DNA from: Elusimicrobiota bacterium | GTDB taxonomy: Bacteria; Elusimicrobiota; UBA5214; JBBAAG01 | Assembly (NCBI GenBank): GCA_041658405.1 | Contig: JBBAAG010000001.1 | Span: forward strand, 43,386-107,385 | DNA length: 64,000 bases | Reading direction: 5' to 3' | In this document: piece by piece, positions 49,965 through 59,960 of the stretch | How the letters are laid out: the number at the start of each line of letters is the position of its first letter | How positions within the stretch are numbered: the stretch's first letter is position 1 | Made by a program: the position numbers and the translations under genes | Notes under the pieces: model-generated | What the model was told of the DNA's origin: nothing | The model's input: the letters and a program-made list of their open reading frames with translations, nothing else | The model's database searches: none

Positions 49965-51962
49965 GTGGATAAATATCAAGAAATAATTATGAAAAGATCT
50001 TACTATTCTGACTCTATTGAGCGTTTTCTTAATACAAATACTGACGAAATTCTTGGAAAACTAACAAAAAACAGCGATTTTGATTTAGGACAAGCTCAAA
50101 GAGATTCATGGATAGAAGAAATTAGTATTTTAAAGTCAGTTCTTTCTTATTATACGGGCGCGATATATTTTGAATATTCTATCCCTCGAATGGGGAAACG
50201 CATAGACGTAGTACTTCTTATTGATTCCATAATCTTCGTTCTTGAATTTAAGATTGGCGAAAAACAATTTACTTCATATGCAATAGACCAAGTATATGAT
50301 TACGCACTAGACTTAAAGAATTTTCACGAAACGAGTCATAACCAACCTATTGCACCAATTCTCATAGCAACAGGCGTTAAAAATTGTGATTTAGCTGATC
50401 CAATAATACGCATAGATGATAATTTGTTTTCACCTATACGAACCAATGATAAATTTTTAAATACTGTCATTAAATATGTTCTACAATTTTCTCCCGAACA
50501 CAAAATAGACCAACTGGCATGGGAAAAAGGGAGATATTGCCCTACACCTACCATTATAGAAGCAGCTATGGCCCTCTATAATAGCCATTCCGTTAATGAT
50601 ATATCTCGAAACGATGCTAGCGCAAAAAATCTGAGCATAACGTCAGAATCGATATCAGAAATTATTAGTTATTCAAAAACGAAATACAGAAAATCTATAT
50701 GTTTTGTAACCGGCGTACCTGGGGCCGGGAAAACTTTAGTTGGACTTAATATTGCAACCAAATATATTGATAAATCGAGTGATCTCCATAGTGTATTTCT
50801 ATCCGGAAACGGTCCGTTGGTATCAATACTACGGGAAGCTCTTGCACGTGATAAGGTTCAACAATCAAAAGAACGTGGAATACGAATAAGAAAAGGTATT
50901 GCAATGAGTGAAGTAAAGATGTTTATTCAAAATGTGCACAATTTTCGTGATGATTGTCTTGATAACTTAAAACCCCCATTGGAACATGTTGTTCTTTTTG
51001 ATGAAGCGCAACGCGCGTGGAATAAAGAACAGACAACAAATTTTATGCGTCGAAAAAAGAATAAGCCTAATTTTAACCGTTCAGAATCAGAATTTCTAAT
51101 TTCATGCTTGGATCGACATACAGATTGGGCAGTTATCGTATGTCTAGTTGGTGGAGGTCAGGAAATTAATACAGGTGAGGCAGGAATTAGTGAATGGTTA
51201 GCATCCTTGAATAACTCGTTTAAAGATTGGGATATTTATATATCCGCCCATCTTACCGATAGCGAATATAACACAAATGACGTTCTAGATAAATTAAAAT
51301 CACGAATAAATATTAACTTAAAAAATGACTTACATCTTGCAGTATCAATGCGTTCTTTCCGAGCTGAACATGTTTCGTTATTAGTAAAGCAATTACTCGA
51401 TCTTGAAAATGCCGAGGCATATAGAACTTTGATAGAAATTCAGGAAAAGTATCCTATTGTTTTGACTCGTAACTTGGCTAAAGCAAAACAGTGGCTCAGG
51501 TCGAAAGCACGAGGTTCAGAACGTTATGGCCTTGTCGTGTCTTCTCAAGCCGAACGACTAAAACCGTATGCAATAGATGTTAAATCACCAATGGAGCCAA
51601 TTCATTGGTTTCTTGATGGAAAAGAAGATGTTCGTTCTTCCTATTATTTAGAAGACGTTGCAACAGAGTTTGATATCCAAGGCCTCGAACTTGATTGGGC
51701 AGGGATTATCTGGGATGCCGATTTCCGACATTCAAATGAAGGTTGGAACCACTGGTCTTTTTGCGGTGATAGATGGAATCACATTAGGAAACCAGAAAGA
51801 CAAAGTTACCAAAAGAATGCCTATCGCGTACTTTTAACTCGTGCACGCCAAGGAATGGTGATTGTTGTACCAGAAGGAGATGCTGGTGATCCAACTCGAA
51901 AAAAAGAATATTATGACCCTACTTATGAATATTTAAAGGAAATTGGTTTTACGGAGATATAA
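49965..51962 (+). CDS. PD-(D/E)xK nuclease fused to DUF2075-type SF1-helicase-like P-loop ATPase (Schlafen/Nhi-like nuclease-helicase)
   Basis: The N-terminus [22 protein letters not shown] has the D...ExK nuclease motif. Walker A is [13 protein letters not shown] and Walker B is VVLFDEAQ. The C-terminus [13 protein letters not shown] is a helicase motif VI-like. An alternative start is the ATG at 49989. Confidence 0.65.
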   Translation: MDKYQEIIMKRSYYSDSIERFLNTNTDEILGKLTKNSDFDLGQAQRDSWIEEISILKSVLSYYTGAIYFEYSIPRMGKRIDVVLLIDSIIFVLEFKIGEKQFTSYAIDQVYDYALDLKNFHETSHNQPIAPILIATGVKNCDLADPIIRIDDNLFSPIRTNDKFLNTVIKYVLQFSPEHKIDQLAWEKGRYCPTPTIIEAAMALYNSHSVNDISRNDASAKNLSITSESISEIISYSKTKYRKSICFVTGVPGAGKTLVGLNIATKYIDKSSDLHSVFLSGNGPLVSILREALARDKVQQSKERGIRIRKGIAMSEVKMFIQNVHNFRDDCLDNLKPPLEHVVLFDEAQRAWNKEQTTNFMRRKKNKPNFNRSESEFLISCLDRHTDWAVIVCLVGGGQEINTGEAGISEWLASLNNSFKDWDIYISAHLTDSEYNTNDVLDKLKSRININLKNDLHLAVSMRSFRAEHVSLLVKQLLDLENAEAYRTLIEIQEKYPIVLTRNLAKAKQWLRSKARGSERYGLVVSSQAERLKPYAIDVKSPMEPIHWFLDGKEDVRSSYYLEDVATEFDIQGLELDWAGIIWDADFRHSNEGWNHWSFCGDRWNHIRKPERQSYQKNAYRVLLTRARQGMVIVVPEGDAGDPTRKKEYYDPTYEYLKEIGFTEI

Positions 51963-51965
51963 AAC

Positions 51966-52778
51966 ATGTTTGACAACAACGTCCTCTTTGCATTCGGGCT
52001 GACCTTGCTCGCAGGGTTATCTACCGGGATAGGTAGTATCCTGGCGTTACTCTCAAAAAAGGTTAACCCCAAATATTTATCCGCAGCATTAGGTTTCTCC
52101 GCAGGGGTTATGCTCTACGTATCATTCGTAGAAATCCTGGCTGACGCACGGAAATCGTTAGTTGTTCTCTATGGTAACAAGCCGGGGTTCTGGATTGCAA
52201 CCGCTGCTTTTTTCGCGGGGATCGGGTTAATCGCATTGATTGATAAACTAGTTCCCGAGTATGAGAACCCGCATGAACTTAAGAATATTAGTGATAAAAC
52301 TGATGGCACTGCACCAGCCTGTGATCCGCGGTTAATGCGGGTGGGAGTGTTCACCGCACTGGCGATCGGTATACATAATTTCCCTGAGGGTATTGCCACG
52401 TTTATCAGTGCGTTACACACACCCGCTTTGGGGATAAGTATTGCCGTGGCGGTTGCTATCCACAACATCCCGGAAGGCCTTGTGGTATCGGTACCGATAT
52501 ACTGCGCAACAGGTAGTAGAAGAAAAGCGTTTATTTACTCGTTTCTTTCCGGGTTATCAGAACCCGTTGGCGCGATTATTGGTTACCTGTTGTTACGCAC
52601 ATTCCTTAACCCTGCAATGTTCGGTATAATTTTTGCTCTCGTAGCGGGAATTATGGTATATATTTCTCTGGATGAACTGTTCCCCACTGCGGAAAAGTAT
52701 GGGGAACATCATATCGTTATCACCGGCTTTATTGCCGGGATGGCGGTTATGGCGGTAAGTTTATTGTTATTGATGTAA
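51966..52778 (+). CDS. zupT: ZIP-family zinc transporter
   Basis: HNFPEGIAT and HNIPEGL histidine-rich TM motifs are present. There are 8 TM helices. Length is 270 aa. Confidence 0.8.
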   Translation: MFDNNVLFAFGLTLLAGLSTGIGSILALLSKKVNPKYLSAALGFSAGVMLYVSFVEILADARKSLVVLYGNKPGFWIATAAFFAGIGLIALIDKLVPEYENPHELKNISDKTDGTAPACDPRLMRVGVFTALAIGIHNFPEGIATFISALHTPALGISIAVAVAIHNIPEGLVVSVPIYCATGSRRKAFIYSFLSGLSEPVGAIIGYLLLRTFLNPAMFGIIFALVAGIMVYISLDELFPTAEKYGEHHIVITGFIAGMAVMAVSLLLLM

Positions 52779-52860
52779 ACTCTTCCTCCCTTGCGGATAA
52801 TGACGTTAAAAAAGTATACTTATGTCACTCTAAGATGAACGGGATGGGGATATTTAATAT

Positions 52861-53580
52861 ATGATAAAAACCGTAGGGTTAACAAAACAGTTCAACCGCA
52901 CATTAGCCGTGGATAATCTTAACCTCGAGATCGCGGATGGCGAAATTTTTGCCTACCTCGGCCCGAACGGCGCGGGGAAAACTACTACCCTGAAAATGCT
53001 GCTGGGGTTACTAAAACCTACTAAAGGATACGCTTTGGTAGGCGGGCTTGACCCGCAAAAAGATCCAATGAAGGTTAAGCATATGACCGGCCTTGTGCCG
53101 GAGTACCCGTACTTATACCGTAAACTCACAGGGTTTGAGTACCTTAACTTTGTTGCTGACCTTTATCATTTACCAAAAAACGATATTGACCGTATCCCCG
53201 AAGTACTGAAAACGTTTGGGCTCGAGGATTGGATGTATGACATGGTGGAATCATACTCTCATGGGATGCAGCAAAAACTTGCGCTCTCCGCGATTGTCCT
53301 GCGCCAACCGAAGTTTATATTCCTGGATGAACCACTGATCGGGCTTGATCCTCTTAGCCAGCGTAAGATGCGCGAGATACTAGTTGGGCTAGCAAAAAAG
53401 GGTGCGACAATTCTTATCTGCACACACATCCTTGAGATTGCAGAGAAAGTGTGTACCCGGGTAGGGATTATTAATAAAGGACAGTTGACGCATATAGGTA
53501 CTATCGACGAACTACGGAAGAAAGCTGATACCGACGCAGCAAGCGGGCTGGAAGATATTTTCTTCAAACTTACGGAATGA
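52861..53580 (+). CDS. ABC transporter ATP-binding protein
   Basis: Walker A is GPNGAGKTT, the signature is SHGMQQKL and Walker B is FIFLDEP. Confidence 0.8.
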   Translation: MIKTVGLTKQFNRTLAVDNLNLEIADGEIFAYLGPNGAGKTTTLKMLLGLLKPTKGYALVGGLDPQKDPMKVKHMTGLVPEYPYLYRKLTGFEYLNFVADLYHLPKNDIDRIPEVLKTFGLEDWMYDMVESYSHGMQQKLALSAIVLRQPKFIFLDEPLIGLDPLSQRKMREILVGLAKKGATILICTHILEIAEKVCTRVGIINKGQLTHIGTIDELRKKADTDAASGLEDIFFKLTE

Positions 53581-55283
53581 CGGGGATACCGGGAAATACT
53601 ATTATGCCGAACGACTTATTGATATTCCTCAGGATAAGTAATCAGACACGTAAGAACAGCCTCCGTGCTGCGACAAAGCTTGAATGGGGTGTCGGCATAT
53701 TTTTTTCTACGCTAACCCTCTTATTTTTTGCGGGAATCGGTGCGGGCTTATGGCGGTTCTTCGGGTACCTCGAGAATGTGCCGTATATCGGTGAAGCACT
53801 GGCTATCAAAGTTATCTCCATGGCATTTCTTTCATTATTTTCAATGCTTATATTTTCAAGTATGGTGACGTCGTTCACCACAATTTTTTTTGCGCGTGAC
53901 CTCCCGTTTTTGTTATCCACCCCGCTGGAGTACGGGACGGTGTTCACTTATAAGTTTATCGAGACCGCGTTTTATTCGTCATGGATGGTAATCGTAGCGA
54001 TGATACCCGTGATCGTATCCTACGGTATTGTAAAACATATGAACATATTGTTTTATTTCACAACCTTCGGGGTGATGATACCTTACTGCCTGGTTGCATC
54101 CGGACTTGGGGTGCTTATCAGCATGGTATTGATGTACTTATTCCCGACTGCAAAAACTAAGGATGCTGTAATGGTACTCTCGGTAGTGGTGGGATGCGGG
54201 ATGTACGTGTTCCTGAGATTCCTCGAGCCGGAACAGTTTATGAAACCTGATAAACTTACCGAGATTGTGCAGTACCTGAATTTTATACAGGCACCGACGG
54301 CGGTATATCTTCCCAGCTGGTGGATGACCGGTGTGGTGAAAGGGTTTGCGTTACACCAGCCGGTAGAATTATGGTTTTATTCTTTATTACTGATATCCTC
54401 GGGGTTATTGACCATAGCGTTGATTACCAAACTATCAGAAGTTACCTACTTCACATCATGGGCACGGGCACAGGAATCTGTTGGTAAACGTCCGGTGGTG
54501 GGCGGGTGGGGTGACCGCACAGTGGACTTACTGCTTCACTTATTCCCGCAGTCATGGCGCGCGTTGGCAAAAAAGGACCTCAAACTTTTCTTCCGGGATC
54601 CTAACCAGTGGACACAATTGTTACTCCTGGGCGCGTTGATTGTGGTGTACATCTTTAATATCGACAAACTTCCGTTGGATAATTATTATCTCAAGAACAT
54701 AGCAGCATTTTTTAATATCGGCCTAGCGGGGTTTGTTATCTCCGCAGTGGCGTTAAGGTTTGTGTATCCCGCGTTGAGTATTGAAGCGGAAAGTTTTTGG
54801 GTGCTCCGCAGTGCACCGTTGTCCTCACGGCAGATTGTGTGGTCAAAATATTGGCTGACATTCTTACCGGTATTTGTTCTGGGGCTTGCGATATCCGTGG
54901 TATCAAACCTACTCCTGCGGGTGGATACGTTTGTGTTTTGGTTATCCACCGGTGCTGTGATCGTGAGTATCTTTGCGTTAACCGGGCTGGCGATGGGTAT
55001 GGGCGCGGTGTATCCCCGGTTCCGTGTCGAGAACGTTGCACAGGTGGAATCCTCTTTTGGCGGGATTATGTATATGGTATACTCTTTGTTTTATAACGGT
55101 TTTGTTCTGGCAGTGTTAGCATGGCCGTTGATTATGCATTTTAAGGTTTTGTCCGGTATGGGGAAGTACAGCGCGCAGGTAACCGTTTCTGCAGTCCTTA
55201 CCGTCGCGGGGGTTAGTGTGCTGGTGTTTATCATACCTTTAATAATCGGCGTGAAACGTGTTGAGTTAATGGAGAATGAGTAG
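53577..55283 (+). CDS. Polytopic ABC-exporter-type permease (putative ABC-2/ABC_export family)
   Basis: It overlaps the ATPase gene by 4 bp. It has 10 or more TM helices and is 568 aa. Confidence 0.5.
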   Translation: MTGIPGNTIMPNDLLIFLRISNQTRKNSLRAATKLEWGVGIFFSTLTLLFFAGIGAGLWRFFGYLENVPYIGEALAIKVISMAFLSLFSMLIFSSMVTSFTTIFFARDLPFLLSTPLEYGTVFTYKFIETAFYSSWMVIVAMIPVIVSYGIVKHMNILFYFTTFGVMIPYCLVASGLGVLISMVLMYLFPTAKTKDAVMVLSVVVGCGMYVFLRFLEPEQFMKPDKLTEIVQYLNFIQAPTAVYLPSWWMTGVVKGFALHQPVELWFYSLLLISSGLLTIALITKLSEVTYFTSWARAQESVGKRPVVGGWGDRTVDLLLHLFPQSWRALAKKDLKLFFRDPNQWTQLLLLGALIVVYIFNIDKLPLDNYYLKNIAAFFNIGLAGFVISAVALRFVYPALSIEAESFWVLRSAPLSSRQIVWSKYWLTFLPVFVLGLAISVVSNLLLRVDTFVFWLSTGAVIVSIFALTGLAMGMGAVYPRFRVENVAQVESSFGGIMYMVYSLFYNGFVLAVLAWPLIMHFKVLSGMGKYSAQVTVSAVLTVAGVSVLVFIIPLIIGVKRVELMENE

Positions 55284-55301
55284 TTGAGGGGGTAACGGAA
55301 G

Positions 55302-56003
55302 TTGAGAGTTAAGAGTTTAGGGTTACTGGTTTTAGCAACACTTTTATTTGCAGCAGGTACTGCGGAATGCAGGTTTTATACTAACGGCCCGAAGGATGGC
55401 GGTAGATTTGTAGCGTTAACGTTTGATGACGGGCCTGGGCAGATGACTCCTGACTTTCTTGCGGTACTTGAGAAACAAAAGGTTAAAGCAACCTTCTTTA
55501 TGTCAGGCAGCCAGGTTAAGTATCATCCGGAAGAAGCTAAGTTGGTAGCAAAAGCCGGGCATGAGATCGGGTCGCACACCACAGTCCACCGGGGGTATCA
55601 TAAGATAAAAGTTATTGATGAGAAAGCCATAAAAATCCTTACTGACGATATCAAACAAACCGAGGCGGTACTCAGCACTACGATCGGTATAAAACCGCAT
55701 CTTCTGCGGTTTCCCTATGGGTACTGCAAAAAATGGGCGATTGATGTATGCGCAAAACTGGGATACGACGTTATCAACTGGTCCTATGGGTATGACTGGA
55801 CAAAATTGTCTGATCAGCAGTTATTGGATTACTACGTAAAAAATTCTGCACCCGGTGCAATAATTCTTATGCATGACGGGTGGAAGGTAAACCGTGTTCT
55901 CGCGTTATTACCAAAAATTATTGAAGATATCCGCGCGAAAGGGTATGAGTTCGTTACCGTAAGCGAGTTATTGAAGTTAGAAGATAAAGGGAAGGGTAAG
56001 TAA
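55302..56003 (+). CDS. Secreted polysaccharide deacetylase (NodB homology domain, CE4)
   Basis: It has a signal peptide. LTFDDGP and HTTVH are catalytic motifs. Confidence 0.75.
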   Translation: MRVKSLGLLVLATLLFAAGTAECRFYTNGPKDGGRFVALTFDDGPGQMTPDFLAVLEKQKVKATFFMSGSQVKYHPEEAKLVAKAGHEIGSHTTVHRGYHKIKVIDEKAIKILTDDIKQTEAVLSTTIGIKPHLLRFPYGYCKKWAIDVCAKLGYDVINWSYGYDWTKLSDQQLLDYYVKNSAPGAIILMHDGWKVNRVLALLPKIIEDIRAKGYEFVTVSELLKLEDKGKGK

Positions 56004-56008
56004 CCGGG

Positions 56009-56275
56009 ATGAGTATATTTGAGATCATAATGCTTCTCTGTTTTGGTGCGGCATGGCCGGTCTCAATCTACAAATCGTGGGTATCAAAGAATAACAGCGG
56101 GAAAAGTGTTACTTTTTTATATATCATTGTCATAGGATATGCCGCAGGGGTAATACATAAACTGCTCTACAGTTGTGACTGGGTGGTATATCTTTACGTT
56201 TTAAACGGAATAATGGTTCTCATAGATATTGCGTTGTATTATCGTAATAAAAACAGTGCTAAAGGGAATGCGTGA
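56009..56275 (+). CDS. Small 3-TM membrane protein, PQ-loop/SemiSWEET- or LAB_N-like
   Basis: It is 88 aa. The pattern CFGAAWPVSIYKSWVSKNNSGKSVTFLYIIVIGYAAGVIHKLLY resembles the LAB_N / PQ-loop repeat. Confidence 0.3.
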   Translation: MSIFEIIMLLCFGAAWPVSIYKSWVSKNNSGKSVTFLYIIVIGYAAGVIHKLLYSCDWVVYLYVLNGIMVLIDIALYYRNKNSAKGNA

Positions 56276-56934
56276 TGGTTGAACCCAATATTTTTGAAGC
56301 GCAGATAAACGAACACGCGGTATTCCAGGATGAACTCCTGGAACGTGAACGTGTTGTATGGACCGGTAAGCCTGATCCTAATATAATCTTCGGTGCAGAG
56401 GATTGGTTTATGATACCGTTCTCCATTTTTTGGACCGGATTCAGTCTTGTATGGGAAGCTGCTGCATGCGGAATGTTTTTTGTTAATAAACACAGCGGGA
56501 CTAACACCATACCGTCAGGGATTGATTTATTCACATACATATTCCCGTTGTTTGGATTACCCTTTGTCCTTATCGGCCTATACCTTTTATTTGGACGGTT
56601 TATATATAAACACTACCTCCGCAAGAAAACGTTCTACGCTGTAACTGACCAGCGGGTTATTATCGTCACCACGCTTGGGAATAAAAATATGAGAGCGCTA
56701 GAGCTTGATAAAATTGAGGAGATCAGCAAAACAGTTAATTCTACCGGACGGGGTACGCTGGTTTTTGGTATCAGTACTTCATTTATTAACTATGACTCAC
56801 GAAAACAGCAGGTGGGCGGGGTGGTACAGGGTAATAGTTTCAATGATATCCCTGATGCTACAGGTGTGCATAAAGAAATCCTTACCCTGCGCGAAACAGT
56901 TATTGCCCGGAAAAAAACGGATCCGCAGGTATGA
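56272..56934 (+). CDS. Membrane protein with bacterial PH domain (YdbS/YdbT-like, DUF304)
   Basis: It has two TM helices followed by a beta-rich domain. VVWTGKPDPNIIFGAEDWFMIPFSIFW and YAVTDQRVIIV are bPH signatures. Confidence 0.5.
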   Translation: MMVEPNIFEAQINEHAVFQDELLERERVVWTGKPDPNIIFGAEDWFMIPFSIFWTGFSLVWEAAACGMFFVNKHSGTNTIPSGIDLFTYIFPLFGLPFVLIGLYLLFGRFIYKHYLRKKTFYAVTDQRVIIVTTLGNKNMRALELDKIEEISKTVNSTGRGTLVFGISTSFINYDSRKQQVGGVVQGNSFNDIPDATGVHKEILTLRETVIARKKTDPQV

Positions 56935-56935
56935 T

Positions 56936-57565
56936 ATGACGGATAAATACAATAATACTTTCGGGTATGACAGTAAAACTGAAACATGGATGCTGTTGAA
57001 AGACGTAATAACCGCCAGTGAGCGTGTTTTGTGGTCCGGTAAACCTGATGCCAGTGTTATCTTCGAAAAACTTGACTACCTGTTTATCCCTCTGGGGATT
57101 GGCTATACCTGGGTTTGTACCTCGTGGTGTGTGGGTGTGACAGAAAAAGTTGTGGAGTTATACCTGGACACAAGATTCGCGAATCCCGCGAACTGGCTCT
57201 CGCTTTTGTTTCCGTTAATCGGTGCGGTACTGATATTATCAGGATTGTATCTCACCATCGGACGGTTTGTGTATAAAACGTACAAACGTAAACGCACGTT
57301 TTATGCGCTTACTGACAAACGCGTAATCATTGTTCATGCAACTGGAGAAAAAAAGGTTACCTCAGCTGAATACAGGATTATTGATAGCATACAAAAAGTG
57401 GCAACTGCAGAGGCACGGGGAACTGTTGTATTTAGTTTATCCAGTGAAATGTTTGACCCTGAACACAACAAGGATAATATACCTGAATATTTTGTATTTG
57501 CAGATTTACCGGACTACGAACTAGTGTACAATCTTGCAGAGCCGTATTTAAAATCACAGAAATAA
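56936..57565 (+). CDS. Membrane bPH-domain protein, tandem paralog
   Basis: VLWSGKPDASVIFEKLDYLFIPLGIGY and YALTDKRVIIV are bPH signatures. It starts 1 nt after the stop of the preceding paralog. The track ORF 56705 is an out-of-context upstream extension. Confidence 0.5.
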   Translation: MTDKYNNTFGYDSKTETWMLLKDVITASERVLWSGKPDASVIFEKLDYLFIPLGIGYTWVCTSWCVGVTEKVVELYLDTRFANPANWLSLLFPLIGAVLILSGLYLTIGRFVYKTYKRKRTFYALTDKRVIIVHATGEKKVTSAEYRIIDSIQKVATAEARGTVVFSLSSEMFDPEHNKDNIPEYFVFADLPDYELVYNLAEPYLKSQK

Positions 57566-57692
57566 ACGGTTAAGTAACCTTTACACGTTAAGTGTTATCC
57601 ATTATCTCAAGATATATTTAAGATTATTATGTTTAAATAATATCATAAAAGGCTTGATATTGAATTCATAAATTATATATATTGGTGTAAAC

Positions 57693-59792
57693 ATGATGAA
57701 AATATTTTTGTCTACCTTTTTGTTAAGCCTGGCTGGTTATCTGAGTAATGCTGACTGTGCAAACCTGCAAAATAATTCTTTATACGACCCGTCATTGGAT
57801 ATTACTTCAGTTGAAGCTATGGAAAAGAGTTTAATAATAAAATTAACGGGTATCCTCAAAACACCGGTAAAATTGATTGAACTTAAACCTTACCAAAAAT
57901 ATACGCTTGACTCAAAACTGAGTATCGCCTGGCAGGGGATCCCCGAAAATAACCGTATCGAAATACCCAGGTTTGCGGGTACACAGGACAGGTTATTTTC
58001 AAAATTTCAAATAATTGATTCTAAGTCCAGGCAACGGGCCGGGAAATCTCATTATGTAAACGACTTATCGTCGGTATCATTACGTAACTTCGATTTTCTC
58101 CGGCCTGCAAGTATTAAAGGGCTTCAGGTGCAGGATGTAGAAGATGCGGTTCTTCTAGGGGTTAAACATGCGGCAATAAATATTTCGGTCTCAAGTATAA
58201 TTAATTGGTCTACCGGTACCCCTAGCGAAACATGGGAAGTAGACGGTGAAAATATACCGATTAATACTAAGTATATAAGTAGATTAGACACTACCTGCAA
58301 AAACCTGACTGCTGCAGGAATTGATATTACCGGAATTCTTCTTAACCATGTGCCGGATAGCCCAAACCCGCAAAATTATTTAATTCATCCAAAAACGGAT
58401 TTAGCTAACGCACCGAATCATTTAGGAGCATTTAATACGGCTACTGACCCCGGGTTACGTTACTATCATGCAGTAATTGAATATCTGGCTAACCGTTACT
58501 CTGATCCAACGGGTAAATTCGGCTGGGTTTCCGGTTACATTATTGGTAATGAAGTTCAGTCACACCTGGAATGGTATAATATCGGTAAAATCACGTTATC
58601 TGATTTTGTTGAAGATTACGGGATTGCTTTACGGATTGCCGATCTTGCAGCAAGAAAATTTCATTCTAAAATCCGGATTTACGTATCCTTAGACCATCAT
58701 TGGAGTACAGCCCTTCGCCCTGATCCGTTAACGGCATTTAATGGTAAAGAATTTGTGGAACAATTAACTATTTGGTCAAAAAACAGCGGTGATTTCCCCT
58801 GGCATATTGCTTTTCATCCGTACCCGGAGAACCTTTTCGAACCGCGGTTCTGGAATGACCGGATGGCAGTATTAAGTTTTGACACACCCAAGATTACTTT
58901 TAAAAATATTGAAGTATTACCTGCGTTTCTAAACCAGGATATTTTATTGTACCGAGGTCAGCCGCGACGGATTATTCTCTCAGAGCAGGGATTTCATACA
59001 CCAGCGGGGATAGACGGCGAAAAAGTTCAGGCAGCTGCTTATGCATATGCTTTCCATAAACTCAGCCATCTGCCGGGGATAGACGCATTTATTCTTCATC
59101 GGCATGTAGACCATAAAGGAGAGGGTAACCTGAGGTTAGGTCTTTGGACCTGGACAGAAAATGATCCTAATGCTTCTAAGCCTGATAAGAAAAAATATAT
59201 ATATGACGTGTTCCGTCTGGCAGATACCGCACAGCGGGAAAGTGTATTCGAGTTCGCCAAACCAATCATTGGAATAAAAGATTGGGCTGAAACATTACCC
59301 GTACTTTCTACAAGTACTTATACTAAACTATCCTGGAATCCGGTCCCGGAGGAAACAGAATCTGTTGTTATCAATTTAACTGACAATATAAACAATGCCG
59401 TACTTACAAACTGTTTATCCTGGCGTAGTGAAGTTGTACTTTATAACGAAACCCTAAAAAAATCTATTTTCCATCATCCTAAGGAACTAGCTGATAGTGA
59501 CGCTACTTTTACGATTAAGCTCCCTGTTCTGAAGTCAGGAAAAAAGTTGAGTTTCGTATTTGGTACCGGTTTAACTCATGAAAGTGTTGATGGTGCACGG
59601 TTTTCTGTCTTGATTGACGGTAAAGAATTATGGGATGTTTCTGATAAAAATACGGTAATAAACGAATACAAAATTGATTTAACACCATGGGCTGGGAAAA
59701 CTGTTTTATTAACCCTCCGGGTAAACCCGCTGGAAAACACTCAATATGACTGGCTGGTCTGGGTGTATCCGCTGATAATCACAGAAAAATAA
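57693..59792 (+). CDS. Secreted 699-aa hypothetical protein, possible clan GH-A-like glycoside hydrolase
   Basis: It has a signal peptide. The IIGNEVQ (NEP-like acid/base) motif lies in a TIM-barrel-like region. I recognised no firm family. Confidence 0.35.
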   Translation: MMKIFLSTFLLSLAGYLSNADCANLQNNSLYDPSLDITSVEAMEKSLIIKLTGILKTPVKLIELKPYQKYTLDSKLSIAWQGIPENNRIEIPRFAGTQDRLFSKFQIIDSKSRQRAGKSHYVNDLSSVSLRNFDFLRPASIKGLQVQDVEDAVLLGVKHAAINISVSSIINWSTGTPSETWEVDGENIPINTKYISRLDTTCKNLTAAGIDITGILLNHVPDSPNPQNYLIHPKTDLANAPNHLGAFNTATDPGLRYYHAVIEYLANRYSDPTGKFGWVSGYIIGNEVQSHLEWYNIGKITLSDFVEDYGIALRIADLAARKFHSKIRIYVSLDHHWSTALRPDPLTAFNGKEFVEQLTIWSKNSGDFPWHIAFHPYPENLFEPRFWNDRMAVLSFDTPKITFKNIEVLPAFLNQDILLYRGQPRRIILSEQGFHTPAGIDGEKVQAAAYAYAFHKLSHLPGIDAFILHRHVDHKGEGNLRLGLWTWTENDPNASKPDKKKYIYDVFRLADTAQRESVFEFAKPIIGIKDWAETLPVLSTSTYTKLSWNPVPEETESVVINLTDNINNAVLTNCLSWRSEVVLYNETLKKSIFHHPKELADSDATFTIKLPVLKSGKKLSFVFGTGLTHESVDGARFSVLIDGKELWDVSDKNTVINEYKIDLTPWAGKTVLLTLRVNPLENTQYDWLVWVYPLIITEK

Positions 59793-59798
59793 CATATT

Positions 59799-59884
59799 TG
59801 GGCAAGGAGGGAATCGAACCCTCAAGACCTGTAAGGGTCATAGGTTTTTGAGACCTACGTGTCTGCCAGTTCCACCACTTGCCC
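59799..59884 (-). tRNA. tRNA-Leu (anticodon CAA), class II with long variable arm; CCA not encoded
   Basis: The reverse complement reads GGGCAAG-TG-GTGGAACTGGCAGAC..TAGGT-CTCAAAA-ACCTA..long V-arm..GAGGG-TTCGATT-CCCTC-CTTGCCC-A. It has a 7-bp acceptor stem, a GGTTCGATTCC T-loop and a CAA anticodon in a 7-nt loop. Confidence 0.75.
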
Positions 59885-59960
59885 AGGCTTGTTAATTTCC
59901 GCTTATTATATATAATTTAGTGCGAGTCCGTCAATTTATATGGAAACAGGGGTACTTTAA

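Larger units (their letters stand above)
48729..51965. other. AT-rich genomic island (about 3.2 kb) with two divergent nuclease genes; candidate defence island
   Basis: GC content falls abruptly. It is bracketed exactly by the start codon of the Gfo/Idh/MocA gene and the start codon of zupT. The 8-bp direct repeat TATAAAAC sits at 48733-48740 and 51958-51965. Confidence 0.5.
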
